Positions 40,361 to 53,389 of a stretch of DNA of 64,000 bases are shown here, piece by piece. Every line of letters starts with the position of its first letter. Positions within the stretch are counted from its first letter, which is position 1. Both the position numbers and the translations under genes were made by a program. Under the pieces are notes generated by a model. It saw only the letters and a list, made by a program, of their open reading frames with translations, did not search any database and was not told where the DNA came from. Source of the DNA: Squalus acanthias. Lineage: Eukaryota. The stretch spans positions 114,888,001 through 114,952,000 of the forward strand of contig CM059432.1 in the NCBI GenBank assembly GCA_030390025.1. Direction: 5' to 3'.

Positions 40361-43300
40361 TCTTGTTCAGAACATATATGTATGTATATGTATATTTCAT
40401 GTTACGTACACCTTAAAACAAATAAATAGTTTGAAAACCGATGAAGTCTTTCAGTATTAGAAGGGCTAAAAGATATATTTCTTTGACATTGTCTATTAAG
40501 CATGAAAGCTCAAAACGTTGTTTACAACTTGGCTTTAGAAAATGCGTGTTTGAGCAGTTTTTCTTGGTAATGTATACAGCTGTTAAATGACTGTTTTAAT
40601 TTACTTCAGGGAAATTCACAGTAACACAAGTATTGAAGGAATAAAAGGAACAACTTTTGCAACACAGCAACCTTCAAGTGAACTGCCATTGTCGTAAATC
40701 TGTAGTAAATATTTGAAGCATAAGGCTGCATTTGGCACTTTGTGGCTCTGAAAATCTGCACCCATTTGGTGGGAGATGACCAGAATGGCTGAAAACTAGC
40801 CCGAGAGCTGGATACTTCAGGTCTTCGCCTTGCATTGAAGTATCCAGGATGGCCTTTTGAGGTTGAAGTCACCGCCCACCACAAACATAGCCATCGTCAT
40901 AAAGAGAGCAGAGCCAGGGGTAGGGACGCTGAACATCGGAGCTCCTGTGTCCTGGGTCTTAAGTGGGACGAGATACATCTGGTCAGACCAGGTACAACTC
41001 ACTGGCCTGGGGTAGAAGTGGGGCCCACTGAAGTAGATTTTTTTAATAAATAATTTTGTTCAGCGGCCCCCTTAGAGAGGGTCAATGGGCGCCCCACATT
41101 TGCCTGTAATGACAATGGCACGCAAATCAGGAATATCCCCCGACCTGAAAAGTTCACCGGCAGAGGTTCTTGGCAGGTGCATCTCAGCACTTACGCAAGA
41201 TGCACCCCAGTGGATTTACATGTATGTCACAAACTGAAAGCAAAAATAAGCAATGTGGTGGAATGTTGGTTATGAGAATTAATTAAAAAAATAAATACTA
41301 TGCATCTCAAAAGATTCATGAAGTCCTGACTGGCCAAAAACAGAATTTGTTTTTCTTGCTAACTGGAAGAGTTAAACGAGGTTCATTTTCTTTTTTGATT
41401 GGTGTATGTTTTCCTGATAGCTGTGCTAAGCCTGCACTCAGTCCTCAAGCTCTGATGACTTATTTATTGCTGATGAAAGAATATCTGTCTCCTGTTTCTC
41501 TCTAAGCATGTAGCTCTCTACAACTGAGGGGACATCTGAGAGCTAGGCCCTGAAATGGTACCTTTCTATGATTCTATTCTCAAAATGTAGATTTGTCTGC
41601 ACTTCTTGCATTGTAATTTCTAAATACTGTACTGTAGTCTTTGTTGTGCAGCTCTAAAATGTTTTAAGCCCTTTCATATAACACTATTTAGAGACTGAGG
41701 TCTACATCTTGAAAAGACCAACTTAAAAGGTACAGTACAATGGTCTTCAATCAAAGGAGGTTTTCTGGGAAATTTCCAGCCAATGTTACAAACACACAAT
41801 GATGCCACTGCCTCACTGGCATTATAATGCTTGGATATGTGGCTCTGACTGAAGTGAGTCTAAATCTGTGAAATGAAATTTGGAAATCCATGTGCTCTTG
41901 CAGCAGAGTTTTGACCCATCCTCTTCACTGCTCCCCCAAACCCAAACCGGTCTTGTATTTAAGCTTGTCTACTTGGAAAACCTCAGACAGTTTAAGCTTG
42001 TGCCAACAGATGAAGGATGGCAGTAGATTGCAGCATCTCAGCAGAAAAAGAGAAATGGCAGAGCAGCTCTATAGGAGTGGGTGACCTACACTGTCTCACC
42101 ATCCTGGCTGAGGAAGGAAACAGGGAGACAGCAGTGGTTTGTGTGCTTTCCTGTGATTTCTCACAAATGTAATAACCAAATTCACCCTGGCCATCAGCAG
42201 AAAGGATCAAGCAGTGGAGAGGCGCTTCCCCACAAAAAAAAGGAAAGAAAATTGGTGAATCAACTCAGCCCTTCATTGTGCATCTCTTACCGGCTGGTTA
42301 CAGAGTGTCACTGGCAAAGACCTTTGAGCACAACACCTGTCAAATGAGGAATAGCGTGTGGAATAAGAACAATTAAAAAACATAACTTACAAAAATGGGG
42401 GATGGAAGAAGAAAATGGGAAAGTTTTTTGGGAGGAAGAATAGAATTTCGTACAGAATAAATTCAAAGTTACAACTTCATGCAAGCATTTTCAACCAATA
42501 TTACAGTCACTTTGTTTTTTTTTTAAAAGTGCCACGTAACCAAATGTCAACTGTGATTAATATCTGAATTTCATATGCACAAACATCTGATCATTTCATA
42601 CAGGTCTAATGTAATGTTGAACTCCAAACTAACTGCCGTATGATTTGCCCTCAATGATCACCGCTAACAATGGAGGTCAGCTGCTGACATGTTGAATTTA
42701 GTTGGTGGATTACAACCCATGCCTAAGCCAGTCTTTCTTGCTTGACTTACAATATTTGTTTATGTACACTTGAGATAAAACAATGCCTATCAAAATACAA
42801 TAATTTTCTGGAGTGCCATTTACATTCTGGAAACAATGAAAGTGCCATCACGTTTCACGTATTAATCGCTGGCTGCTGACAAGTTTGATTTCCTTACAAT
42901 CAGGTAAAAGCTTTTCACAGCTTCGATCTCACTTTGTCTCAGTGTTTTGTCACAGGTGCAACTACATTAATAAATTGCTGCAATTTGGATGTGTCTCTAT
43001 CCAGATACCCTGCTAAGGTATGAAGCTTAAGTCAGATTTGTGTCATTTCTTTCCAAATTTTTACATCAACTCTGAACTGGGGAAACAGCCTTCAACCCTG
43101 TAGCCTTTAAATAACTATGGTATCCTTTGTCAACACGAACACATCAAAAGTAAAATTATTTCCAATGGAAAATGTGAAAAATTTGAGTTCAAATAGTTAA
43201 TTTCCAACCTCTTACTATAATATTCTTTAATCCAAGGGCCATACCAAGAGACTACTGCACATTAAAGTATATAAAACAGCACCCCTCCAGTTAAATATAC

Positions 43301-44780
43301 TCTTCGTTACAACATGCTTTCCATCGGATGTTCATAAGTAGCATAAACAAATTAATGCAATTTAATTTAGAATTTTATAAAATATTAAAAAGATTGTAAA
43401 GAAGGAAAATACTACAACTTTAATTCACAAGAAGACCATCCAAAAAATCGTCTACAGAAACTCTTAAAGTGGAACATTCTTACCTTAGATCTGCGGTGGG
43501 CTCCCTAGTGCCTGCACTGCAAGTATACTCTGTACAGTCTTTTACCTGATACTATGGCAGAACTTACACAACATATGCAACTCAATACCTGCAAAGTGAT
43601 CAGTTCTTAAAGCAACTAATTCGAAATTTACAAAGTACCTGCAGTCAGAAGTCTCGGTTTCCTCAATAGTTGGTAGCCTGTTAATGGTACAGAAAACCCT
43701 GAACATCCACACAGTATCCACACAGTACAGTAGGCAGAAGAAGGACCACTGCCCACCACCCTAATCATTTACTTAGCTTCAGCTGTTGACAGTAATTTCT
43801 TCAGGAGGTTATAATATGTCATTTAGACAGCTGAAAATCTTCCTGTAATACTCTGTTTCTACCTGGGTATTCTGACCAGTAAAGTGGATTACAAGATTTA
43901 CGAGATTCATTGCTACCAGAAGTCGCCCTGCAGCAAGGAGGAGGAGGGGAAAAAATTGTTGCCAAAGCAATCAACTGCACCTGCTCAAGTCCCTGTGCAC
44001 TTTCTAAAAGCAACAGTACCAGCAAACCGGCACAATTATGCCAAGGAAAATGTGGATGCTGCAGATTTTTTTTTGAGTCATAATTTTTTTTTATTTACTT
44101 GTGTATGTTTTTTTTTAATGGTATTGATTCCCCTAAAGATCCATTTCTAGTAAGATTCATAAAATAGAAATGTAAAACAAGGCAGGTAACACTATAATGA
44201 AAATTATTATTAATAAGCTGTCCTACTTAACTCTCTGCTTCAACAATTTAAATGAATGTTAAGCATTAGGATCATCCTTTAAGAGGACTTGGTGTACTAT
44301 TTTCTGTACCACATGCTGAGACAATACTATAATATTACAGTTTGCAAACAGTGAAATTAATACTTTTTTAAGAAAAGTTGTACACAATCTCTTTCAACCC
44401 ACTGTCCTTGACACTGAATGATTGCATAGTATCATTGACAAAAATATTAATTCTGACAATATAAAGTAGATACAACTTAAAAATCATACAGCAGTCAAGA
44501 TTAAACATTATAATGATAATTAGATCAAGAGACTCTTAAAATCCTTAATAAGCTCAATACAGATTTTAAATTTGGTTTTTCAATTCCTAAGGAGCCCTTG
44601 GAGTATAATCTCTCTTACTTTAAGGTTACTTCCTTCTATTTGTGTAAACAATATTCCAACTTTTCAATTTATACCAATGCAGTTCTCATATATCAAATAA
44701 GGGTTTTAATTTCTAGGCATGGTGAATTTCCAAACAGACTGTGCTGTCTTCTGCAATTATAGGAGAAGTGATTTACTCAC

Positions 44781-44905
44781 CCAATGCTGCTTAGAGCTTG
44801 TTCAAAGAGCTTATTTTAAAGAAGAATATCATGTTGGTTTGAGAAAACACTATTTAAACTGGTTAAAACAGAGCTGCAGAACTGACGCAGTGCTTCAAAC
44901 TGCAT
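44781..44905 (-). CDS. RIMS2: RIM2-beta-type alternative first coding exon of RIMS2, with an in-frame stop
   Basis: From ATG at 44905 it reads MQFEALRQFCSSVLTSLNSVFSNQHDILL*NKLFEQALSSI(G), then donor GTGAGT at 44780. It resembles the recalled mammalian RIM2-beta N-terminus MQFETLRQVCNSVLSHFHGVFSSPPNILQNELFGQTLNNAR, lies downstream of the zinc-finger exon, and ends in the same phase 2 (125 nt). Confidence 0.82.
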
Positions 44906-47264
44906 TTTCAGCTCTTACCCCCATGTACTGTAAAGCCGTCTATCTCACATGCAACATCAAATGCCAAAATGCCAATCAAATGCCTGAGTCGTCCTGACCT
45001 GTGGAAAAACTACGATTTGATGAACACCAGTCAATAGTTAATTGTTCAGACGCCACCCGCTAATTCAGCCAGAGAAGCTAAGCACTTTAAACACCATTAC
45101 TGACTGTAGCAATAATGCTTTGCAGCAGTGAGGGTTCCCCATTCCCAGCTGCAGCGTCGAGCAGTCACAGATTTCTAATATCTGAATGCTTATTAAACAA
45201 ACAGGCTAGATGCTTTCATCAGGAATTCAAGCACATCTGGCTTCCAACAAGCAGGCCTCAGAAATAATCAGACCAAGGGAGGGGGGAAAACACTTTAACT
45301 CAGTTTTGAGGAAGAAAAAGAACAGACTGTTTTGTACATGTCATATGAAATAATAATCAAATGAATGTGTGTGTTTGTATGTGCATGTATGTAGTGGAGG
45401 GTGTTGCATGTTATAAACCTATCATAATGGCATTTTTAAAATAGCCAACACTTAAAATAATTACTGAAATTATAATGAAAATAGCAACAAAATGATGTAT
45501 ACACACAAGGTACCTAATACTCTATTTTCTGTAAGTTATATCTTTTTTAAAACTACACACTTAAATGTTAGAATTTCAGATCTTTCTGTAATTTTCCACC
45601 ACCATCTATTGTTCCACATTCATGATGGACTGCTCACCTGTACTGCCAGCCCACCACCAGTCATTTTTTCACAACAAGGCAAGGAGAAAAAGTTCCTTTG
45701 CTTGTCATATCCAAAAAAGAGAAGGTGGAGCATTAAATTTCAAATATGTTGAAGTCTCTTGAGGGTTTGGGTCTATTCTGTGCACTCATGGCAAGCCGTT
45801 TGGGACCACACACACATCTATAATTCATCCCTGCCCAGCTACTGTTCCATAATGAATGTATTTGCTGATGAAATCATAAGTATACCACAAATATACACGG
45901 CTCAGCCAACATCTCGAGAATTTATTTTAATATGCTATAAAATTGACAGTATGGTGGCACTGAACACCAGAGATATGGATTTACGATTGTGATACCCTCA
46001 CAGTAGTAGAAAGTCAGTACAGCAGCACTATCAGGCACCTTCACAAAGCCGGCTTGAGGGCAGGAGTGGAGATAACCTGGCACAAGTGCCACTCTCTCAT
46101 GTTGGTGCAGGCCTAACGTAAAAGGGAGAAAATAAGCTGAAAAAGAGCAATTTGTTGCTTCACAACAAAAACCATTATGAAACTACCATGCTTTATTCTG
46201 GACACATTAGAAGCTTTCATTGAAATCCAAGTCAAAATAAAAAGGAACTATAATGAACAATTATCTTACTATTACAATTATTATTGCAATTATTTTTTCT
46301 GACTGTTAAAGTCCTGCTGTTTGATTGCTGGAGAGGAAGAACAACAAAATGCTTGCATTTGCACCTCATCACATCGAAACACTCAAACTGTGGCACACAA
46401 TGCATTACTACTGCAGTTGTTCTTACATAGGCTGAACACCCAAACACCATTTTGATTGCAATAAGGTCATGTACAGCCAAAATTCTGACACACTTTCATG
46501 TATCAAAATCACTTTGCAATGTTCGGCATAGACAGAAAAGAACAATGGTTCCCCTTTTAATAGAAGACTAAGATTACTATTCCCCCTTCACTATTTTCTG
46601 GCTGGGGAGATGTAAAGAGGTCCAGGATACACAAGTCCAAGTGGTCTTCTCCAGATGGAATGATGATTTAGAACTCTATGTTCTTTTCCATCTGGGAAAG
46701 TGGAAGTGGTCCTGACCACATTTCCTTGATGTGCCTCCTCTTGCTGCAAAGTCAAGCTAATGTGGAACCTACCCATCTCAATACATTCTCAGCTGGGATG
46801 TCGTGTTTTCTATTTGCTCAATTACAGCTGAGAAAGTGGAGGTCGTCCAGGCCACATTATCTCTATACTTCATTCAGATGGGAATGTGAGGAGGACTACA
46901 CCACACCATACTACACCACAGGCTTCTCCACCGCCACTACCAATGACCAGCCAGCATGAGGTGCAGTTTGGGCATGGCAATCCAGATTTGGTGTTTTCTT
47001 TTCCAGAGCGCTTCATCCAGCAAAGTGACTAAGAACAGATAACCCAGACTTAAATGAGGCAAGCAACTCTACATAAAAGATGTATAGGGTGCCAATGTCA
47101 TGTCATTCCTTTTGGGAGTCAAGTTCTCCAGCACTTCATGTACTAGTCCATAGATGATGTCTTCATATTTTTCATAAAATTAACAAATTAAGGGAAACTG
47201 CAGGTCAAAATATCAGATTTTATTTGTATTCCTTGTACTGCCTCCAGAATTATTAATTAGCTTA

Positions 47265-47454
47265 AATAAAAACAGAAAATGCTGGAAATACTCAGCTGGT
47301 CAGGCAGCTTCTGTGGAGACAGTTCTGATGAAAGGTCATCGACCTGAAACGTTAACTCTGTTTCTCGCTCCACAGATGCTGCCTGACCTGAGTATTTCCA
47401 GCATTTTCTGTTTTTATTTCAGATTTCCAGCATCTGCAGTATTTTGCTTTTGTA
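47265..47454 (+). mobile_element. 190-bp palindromic Penelope-derived element with a hammerhead motif
   Basis: Homologous to the terminal repeat of the 27240 element, with inverted arms around CTGATGA-AAGGTC-ATC-GACCT-GAAAC (47325-47350). 7-bp TSD TAGCTTA (47258-47264 / 47455-47461). Confidence 0.85.
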
Positions 47455-48274
47455 TAGCTTACTTTCTAAAATGAAACAAAAATGTACTAAACCCACCATG
47501 AACATTTTCTGTTTCTCAAGGGGATGGCAGTGAAATTAGGTTTCTAGCCAAGAATTTTTTTTTCATGATCCAGAAATATAACTGTAGTCCTCATACTGTT
47601 GCAGTATATTTCAGCTTAAAAGATCTCTCACAGTATCACCCTTTACTGAACATAAGGGAGGCACATTTCTTAATGACAAGAATAAAGCAATGGACAGCTG
47701 GATGGATAAAATGTTCTCTTAGATATGCTGGTGCAAACAATTAATTATTACTAGCACTCCTTTAAGGTTCTACCCTGTACCAGCAGTGACATTCAAAACA
47801 TATCACCAGGGCCTTTTCAGAGGGGAATTTTAGTCTGCATCAAGACAGCTTCGTAGTGTTTGCAACTCACTTCCTGATTTTCCTCTGGCGATATTACACA
47901 AAAAAGTGACAAGGATATCTCCATATACATTTTATACTAAAATAATCAAAGAGCTGGCTGTGAAAAAACAATCTTTCCATTGGCATGACAAGGGGTGAAA
48001 ACGTAAAAAAAAAGGCCTTGGCCTGATATTTGCTTTGGTTCTAAATTCACCCCTTTGGCTACACCATACAACCTACAGACAGAAAATAACCCCTGTGAAT
48101 ACCAGCTGGGTAGCTACTTTAAAATCACTTTAATGAGCTCTTGTGGTGAGAGTGGTAGGAAAATGCAAAAGAATTGCCCGCTGGTGCATTTACCAGTGGA
48201 AAAACAACAGAAAATATTCAAACGCCACTACTCATAGACGTAAGTCACTGTTCATTTTAATGTAAATATCATAC

Positions 48275-48609
48275 CTGTCTGTGGGTATCTCACTGGCAGT
48301 CTGCATTGAATGCTGCTTCACCCCTGAACCATTTTTGATTGAATCTTGTCGCGTGAGCCCTTGAGGTCTGTTTTTGTCTGACGCTGGTGTAGAAATGTCC
48401 CCTGAGGGTAAAGGACCTTGGAATTGGGAATGCTCCTGTAGTTTTGCTTTCTTCTCCTGTGGCGCTTCTTCGTTTCTGTGGGCCACTCCCCCTGCGGCCT
48501 CAGTCGGGTCAACTTCCTGTGGTGTGTTAGAGCCGCTACTGTAGAACCAGGCCCCTGATTTAGTGAGGATTTCCTGTTGTTTTCGGCACAAGTTACATAC
48601 CCACATCAC
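48275..48609 (-). CDS. RIMS2: RIMS2 (RIM2-alpha) internal coding exon: end of the zinc finger plus linker
   Basis: Translates VMWVCNLCRKQQEILTKSGAWFYSSGSNTPQ...RNEEAPQEKKAKLQEHSQFQGP...GLTRQDSIKNGSGVK...ASEIPTDR, matching the recalled RIM2 sequence (RNEEAPQEKK and SIKNGSGVK favour RIM2 over RIM1). Acceptor ttcttgtctcAG precedes 48609 and donor GTatga follows 48275. Length 335 nt, ending in phase 2. Confidence 0.93.
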
Positions 48610-49481
48610 CTGAGACAAGAAAAGTAGGTTATTCCAAGTACGGTAATTAAAGTCATTTTTCAAATGAGATTTTAACTCTTTTGATTAAAGAAATACAGTT
48701 CAAATATTTAAACATTTTGTAAAAAAAAACTTAAAATTAAACCTGGTGTCAAGGAAAGCATATTACATCCACACATAGCTATATAAAATAAATGTAAAAA
48801 CCAAATGTAAGCAATGTAAATATACCAAGATAAGATTTTGTTTTAGATTTAAACAGCAGTAATAAGAGGATTTTCTTTCTTTCTGCTCCCTTCACTATCT
48901 ACCCACTTTCCCAGCTCCTCCTTCAGCTAACGGGAAGGATAGTCTGGAGAACTGCAAAGCACCATCAATGCCAATAAATATTGATTGGCCTACAGAGAAT
49001 AACCCAGTCAAGACCTGGGAAACTCGCCCATTGTAAATAGACATCGGGATGTCAGCTAAGGCTGGGATTCAAGCCCAAGTGCCCTGCATGTAAATCAAAT
49101 GTTCTGCTGCCCAGGTAACCAAGCCACCTACTATGCCTACTTTTTAATCTGTCAAAAATCACACAAGACATGATGCATACATCAGCAGATATATACACAG
49201 TCTTAAGGGTAAAATTTTTTTTCATAATCTTGGGTTTTTGCCATGAATATTTTATTCAGTGCAAATGTGAAGTGCAAGAAAAGGCCATTCACTTGGCAAC
49301 AAGCCAAATATGCTTCCAAACAGAACAGTTCGTAAAGGTAGAAAAGCAGAGGGGGCATCTGTCCAATTTAAGAAAACTGGTTAATGACCCCATAACTAAT
49401 GTAAGAGAAGGTTATGGCACCCCATTTGGAATAATCATTGCCATCCAGTTTCTGTAAATTAACCAAATTCTCAAAAACAAT

Positions 49482-50592
49482 GGGGGGAGAATTTTAACCG
49501 CCAAAAAACGAGTGGGTTGGGTCGGGTGGGAGGTTAAACTGTTAAAAAACTGAATCCCGATCACAACCCACCTCCAACCAATGTTTCCTGTAAGCTGTGA
49601 GACCGCGCAGCGCTCCAGGGGTCCAGCGCAGCCAGCTATTCAATGAAAAAACCGTGCCTGTGTGGTATTTTGAATGGCCCGCACAGCCCCTTAAAGGAGC
49701 TGCATGGCGCCAAAAAAATTAGAGAGAACATTGCCTCCAACCCGCCCACTTCCGGTTTTAATGGAGGCGAGACGGGGGGGGGGGGGGGGGGGGAGAGGAG
49801 GTGGGTCACCTATTTAAATATTATAATGAGGCTGGCGTGCCTCAGATTTACCCACCATTTCAAATTTTAACTCTGGCTGGTCAGGTTTCTCAGGCCTCGG
49901 GGAACCCGCCAGCTAAAGTAAGGCGAGGACTGCTGGATCAAATAAGTGCCTTTACACTTACCTGCTGGATCCAGCGTCCATACCTCACCCACACCCGCGA
50001 TCAGACACCCCCGATCTCCCCTCTGGTCCCGATACTCCTTCAGCTCCCGAGTCCCAACCAGCTCCGCGCTCCCCCCCGCCCCCCCCATCCCGATGCTCCT
50101 CTGACCCCCGATGCTCCTCCAGCTCCCGAGTCATGACTACCCCCCCACACCACCCCCCGATGCTCCTCCAGCTCCCGAGTCAGGACTACATTCCCCCACC
50201 CCCCCGATGCTCCTCTGGCCCCAGAGTCACAAACCCCCCCCCCCCCCCGATGCTCCTCCAGCTCCGATCCTCCGCCCCCCCCCCCCGCCCCGATGCTCAT
50301 CCAGCCCCGATCACCCACCCACCCCCGTTGTTCCTCCGGCCCTGATCCTCCCCCAACCCTCCTCTGGCCCCAATCCGCCGCCATCCCCAATCCTCCTCCG
50401 GCCCCCGACCACCCCTCACCCAATCCCTCCCTCTTCTCAATCTGGCTGACTGCGGGTGGGAAACAGAGGCTTTCCATGCTAATCAGGCTCTGCCGTTAAA
50501 TTCGGTAGGGCCTGCGGGAAACCCGTTCTCCCAGGTTTCCAGACTGCTTTCTAGCCCCCGCCCCGCCCCCTACCCGTCTCCAGAGTAAAATT
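49482..50592. mobile_element. Harbinger-like non-autonomous element with an internal C-rich tandem repeat
   Basis: Begins GGGGGGAGAATTTTA and ends ...GTAAAATT (partial TIR). Degenerate CCCCGATGCTCCTCCAGCTCCCGAGTC repeats at about 50010-50410. Confidence 0.6.
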
Positions 50593-51402
50593 ATGTTACT
50601 TTTTTTTAATGACCTTAGAGAAAAATCGGCAGTCGAAAAGATTTTGAAAACCATTTATGAAAGATTTGACTGGTTCAGTTTCTGCTTTTATTATTGCTAT
50701 TTTTTTTCACTGTCACTTCTTATTTGTTGCTATTTTACAGTTCTGATAGCTTGCGAAATTCGCGCCGATCAGATGTAAGTGTAGCACATATTCTGCATAT
50801 CAGAAATATAAGCGCTGAGGCATGATACAGCGAATATGATGCCTAACGAGTGATAGATAGGAAGTATGTCTATTGTTACAACATTTATCTAGTAACGGAT
50901 TTCACGTGGTGTTACAGTCAGTCTGGAGTGGAGAGCACAATTCTGCTGTTTAGATTCTATGATGGCGCTGTGTTTAACTTGGTCTTCAAGACCCTTGTTC
51001 AAATACTGCCCATGGGAAGTGGCTTAAATCAACAATTACTTATGTCACAATAACATGATTACCTATAAAATTATTTTGTATTTGACTACTTTTAATGATA
51101 TTTTTACTTGGAGACCTCATACCCTCTCAAAAATCTGAGCCGATACTCTTCCCAAAGCTAAAACTCTGACAATTGAAAGGTTTTATCAACCATAAATTTG
51201 CTACTTTTGTCAACCCCTGAGGTGAACTAGAGAGCAACTGTGGCTACTTGTAAATCTTTAGCTCCTGGTCGGAAGACCCTGCATTAAATGACTGCACTTT
51301 ATATATAATAATAGATTATGTCCCATCCAGAAATGTTGCCCATGCCAATCCTGAACGTATTATTTATGTAACCTGCATTGATGCCAACATTAGAACAAAG
51401 CA

Positions 51403-51637
51403 CAATTAGGAAGTGAATGGGCCTTAAAACTTCACCCACTGTGTGTAGCTGTTTCCTTCCCTGTGAAAGGCAATATCAATGAGGTTACTGATATTAACCT
51501 GACGGTGGACGTCTGTATGTAAGATAGACTTCCACCGTCAGGTTAATATCAGTAACCTCATTGATATTGCCTTTCACAGGGAAGGAAACAGCTGCACACA
51601 GTGGGTGAAGTCTTAAGGCCCATTCACTTCCTAATTG
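51403..51637. repeat. Long near-perfect inverted repeat
   Basis: 107-bp arms (51403-51509 / 51531-51637) with two mismatches seen and a 21-nt partly self-complementary spacer. Confidence 0.95.
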
Positions 51638-51879
51638 AAACCAGGAAAGAAGATTCCTCTAAACTGGCACCAAAACAAACATTTTAAAATTCGGAATGGC
51701 ATTACTGAAATGCTACTTCAGAATTAGTGCTATTTACAGCTTGCCAAATGTAATAAATATATCATGCTGCCACCTCCAGGTTTGCATTAGTACTGTCCCA
51801 TGCCCGAGTACGGGAATGCGGCCCTCAAAACCTGATTATTGCAACTTACAGTGGGGCAGGAAGGGAATAAGAAAAACTG

Positions 51880-52559
51880 GGGGTAGAGTTTCCGCTTTGG
51901 GTGCAATCGGTGATCCAGGCGCAAATTGCGCCCATTTTGAGAAGTTTTTTTCTCTCGATTTTCTGCTCAAATCTATTTGCATGTCGCCGAATGCAAAGTC
52001 TGCCATGAACCAGCGCACTATGGCAGCATTTTAAAACCTAATTTTTTTTCTTTTAAATTTGCTTCAAAAATATTCCATGACATATTTAAGAGTAGTAACT
52101 TCGTGCAGTTTGATTAATACAACTGAAAATGGGTTTATCACAAAAAATAAGCATTTTTAATCACAGTGTCAATCCAGCACCTGCGAGTAACCCGATTTTA
52201 AATCACTGAAAATGACTTTTAAAAAATATACAGAACTGGGCAGTTGCTTAGTAAAAATTTTTTTAAATTACATTACGTGTCTTTGCGCCCAAAAGAACTA
52301 GCTTAATTTTTGGAGCCTCCTCAAAGGCCTGCAAACGAGCGGCAGTAACAGAAACTCACCATGGTGACTAATTCACCCTGGGGACGGAGCCAGTTTTGTG
52401 GGTGGGGCCAGCTCCAAGCATAATGTTTTTTAAACGAGCAAAAGATCACGGAAACTCGATTTGCACTGAACATAAATTCCGCGATCTTTCGCACGGTTAC
52501 ATCGATTTTGGGTGAATTGCGCAGAAAAAAACAGCACAACCAAGCAGAAACTCTACCCC
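51880..52559. mobile_element. Harbinger-like MITE
   Basis: 18-bp TIR GGGGTAGAGTTTC(C/T)GCTT with one mismatch and no coding capacity. Confidence 0.8.
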
Positions 52560-53389
52560 GTATCAAACTAATTTAGCTGCAGCACAGTTAGCTCTGCTCA
52601 TCATTTTTGAAATGAGTTGCATTATTAAATTTGAAGATATGGTCCTGAATTTCCTCAAGGACAGGCTTGTGACCTCAGGGTGGCGGAGAATTGGGAGGAA
52701 GCCAGTAATGCCGGATCTGCACCCCAAAGAAATTAACACCGGGATTTCCTGTGGGGGTGGGCAGTAGTTGCGCCTGCCCTCTTGCAGCCCGACATAGTAA
52801 AAGGAGGCGGGACTGGCAGAATGCCATCAGCCCGATACCGGAGTTCTCACGAGCCATATTTCATAGAATCATAGGGGGTGATTTTCCCAGCCCTGAGGAG
52901 GCAGGTTTGGAGGCGGGACAGTTGGTAAAATTGCAAAAAGTGAGTGCGGGTTTGGAACCCGCCTCCGTGCAACTTTGTCGGAGGCGGGCTTCAGGAGTGC
53001 AATTCGGTCCCGCCTCCAAGAGGCGAGATAGGCACTTAAGACCATTAACGAGTGCTTAAGGGCCTCTGTAATCCAATTTTCATAGGCCTTTGTTATTTTG
53101 CCACATTTAGAGCGTGTTGCACGCTGCTCCTAAACTACGCCAGCTAATCCTGGCGGGTTGACAAGTGGCTGGCCTCCTCACAGCTGCAGCTCCACCATAA
53201 AAACAGAGCTTTCAACAGGGATGAGTTGGAGGTGGCAGAACTTTTGTTGCACAGGTCTTTGAGCACTTTTTCCAGGCCTACTGAAGTCGGAGGTAGTGCA
53301 GCTGAGATCTACCTACTTTGGGACCTCCTGGGAAAACCCTCTCCCCACTTGGACTGAGTGCTTCCCCAACGGAGGTATCTACCAGCAGC

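Noticed and set aside
43484..43545. Possible extra minus-strand RIMS2 exon (donor AAG|GTAAGA)
   Set aside because: It is 62 nt (frameshifting), has a weak acceptor tract and shows no recognisable RIM peptide.
50040..50499. Pro-rich and Gly-rich ORFs
   Set aside because: Translations of a C-rich tandem repeat inside a MITE-like element.
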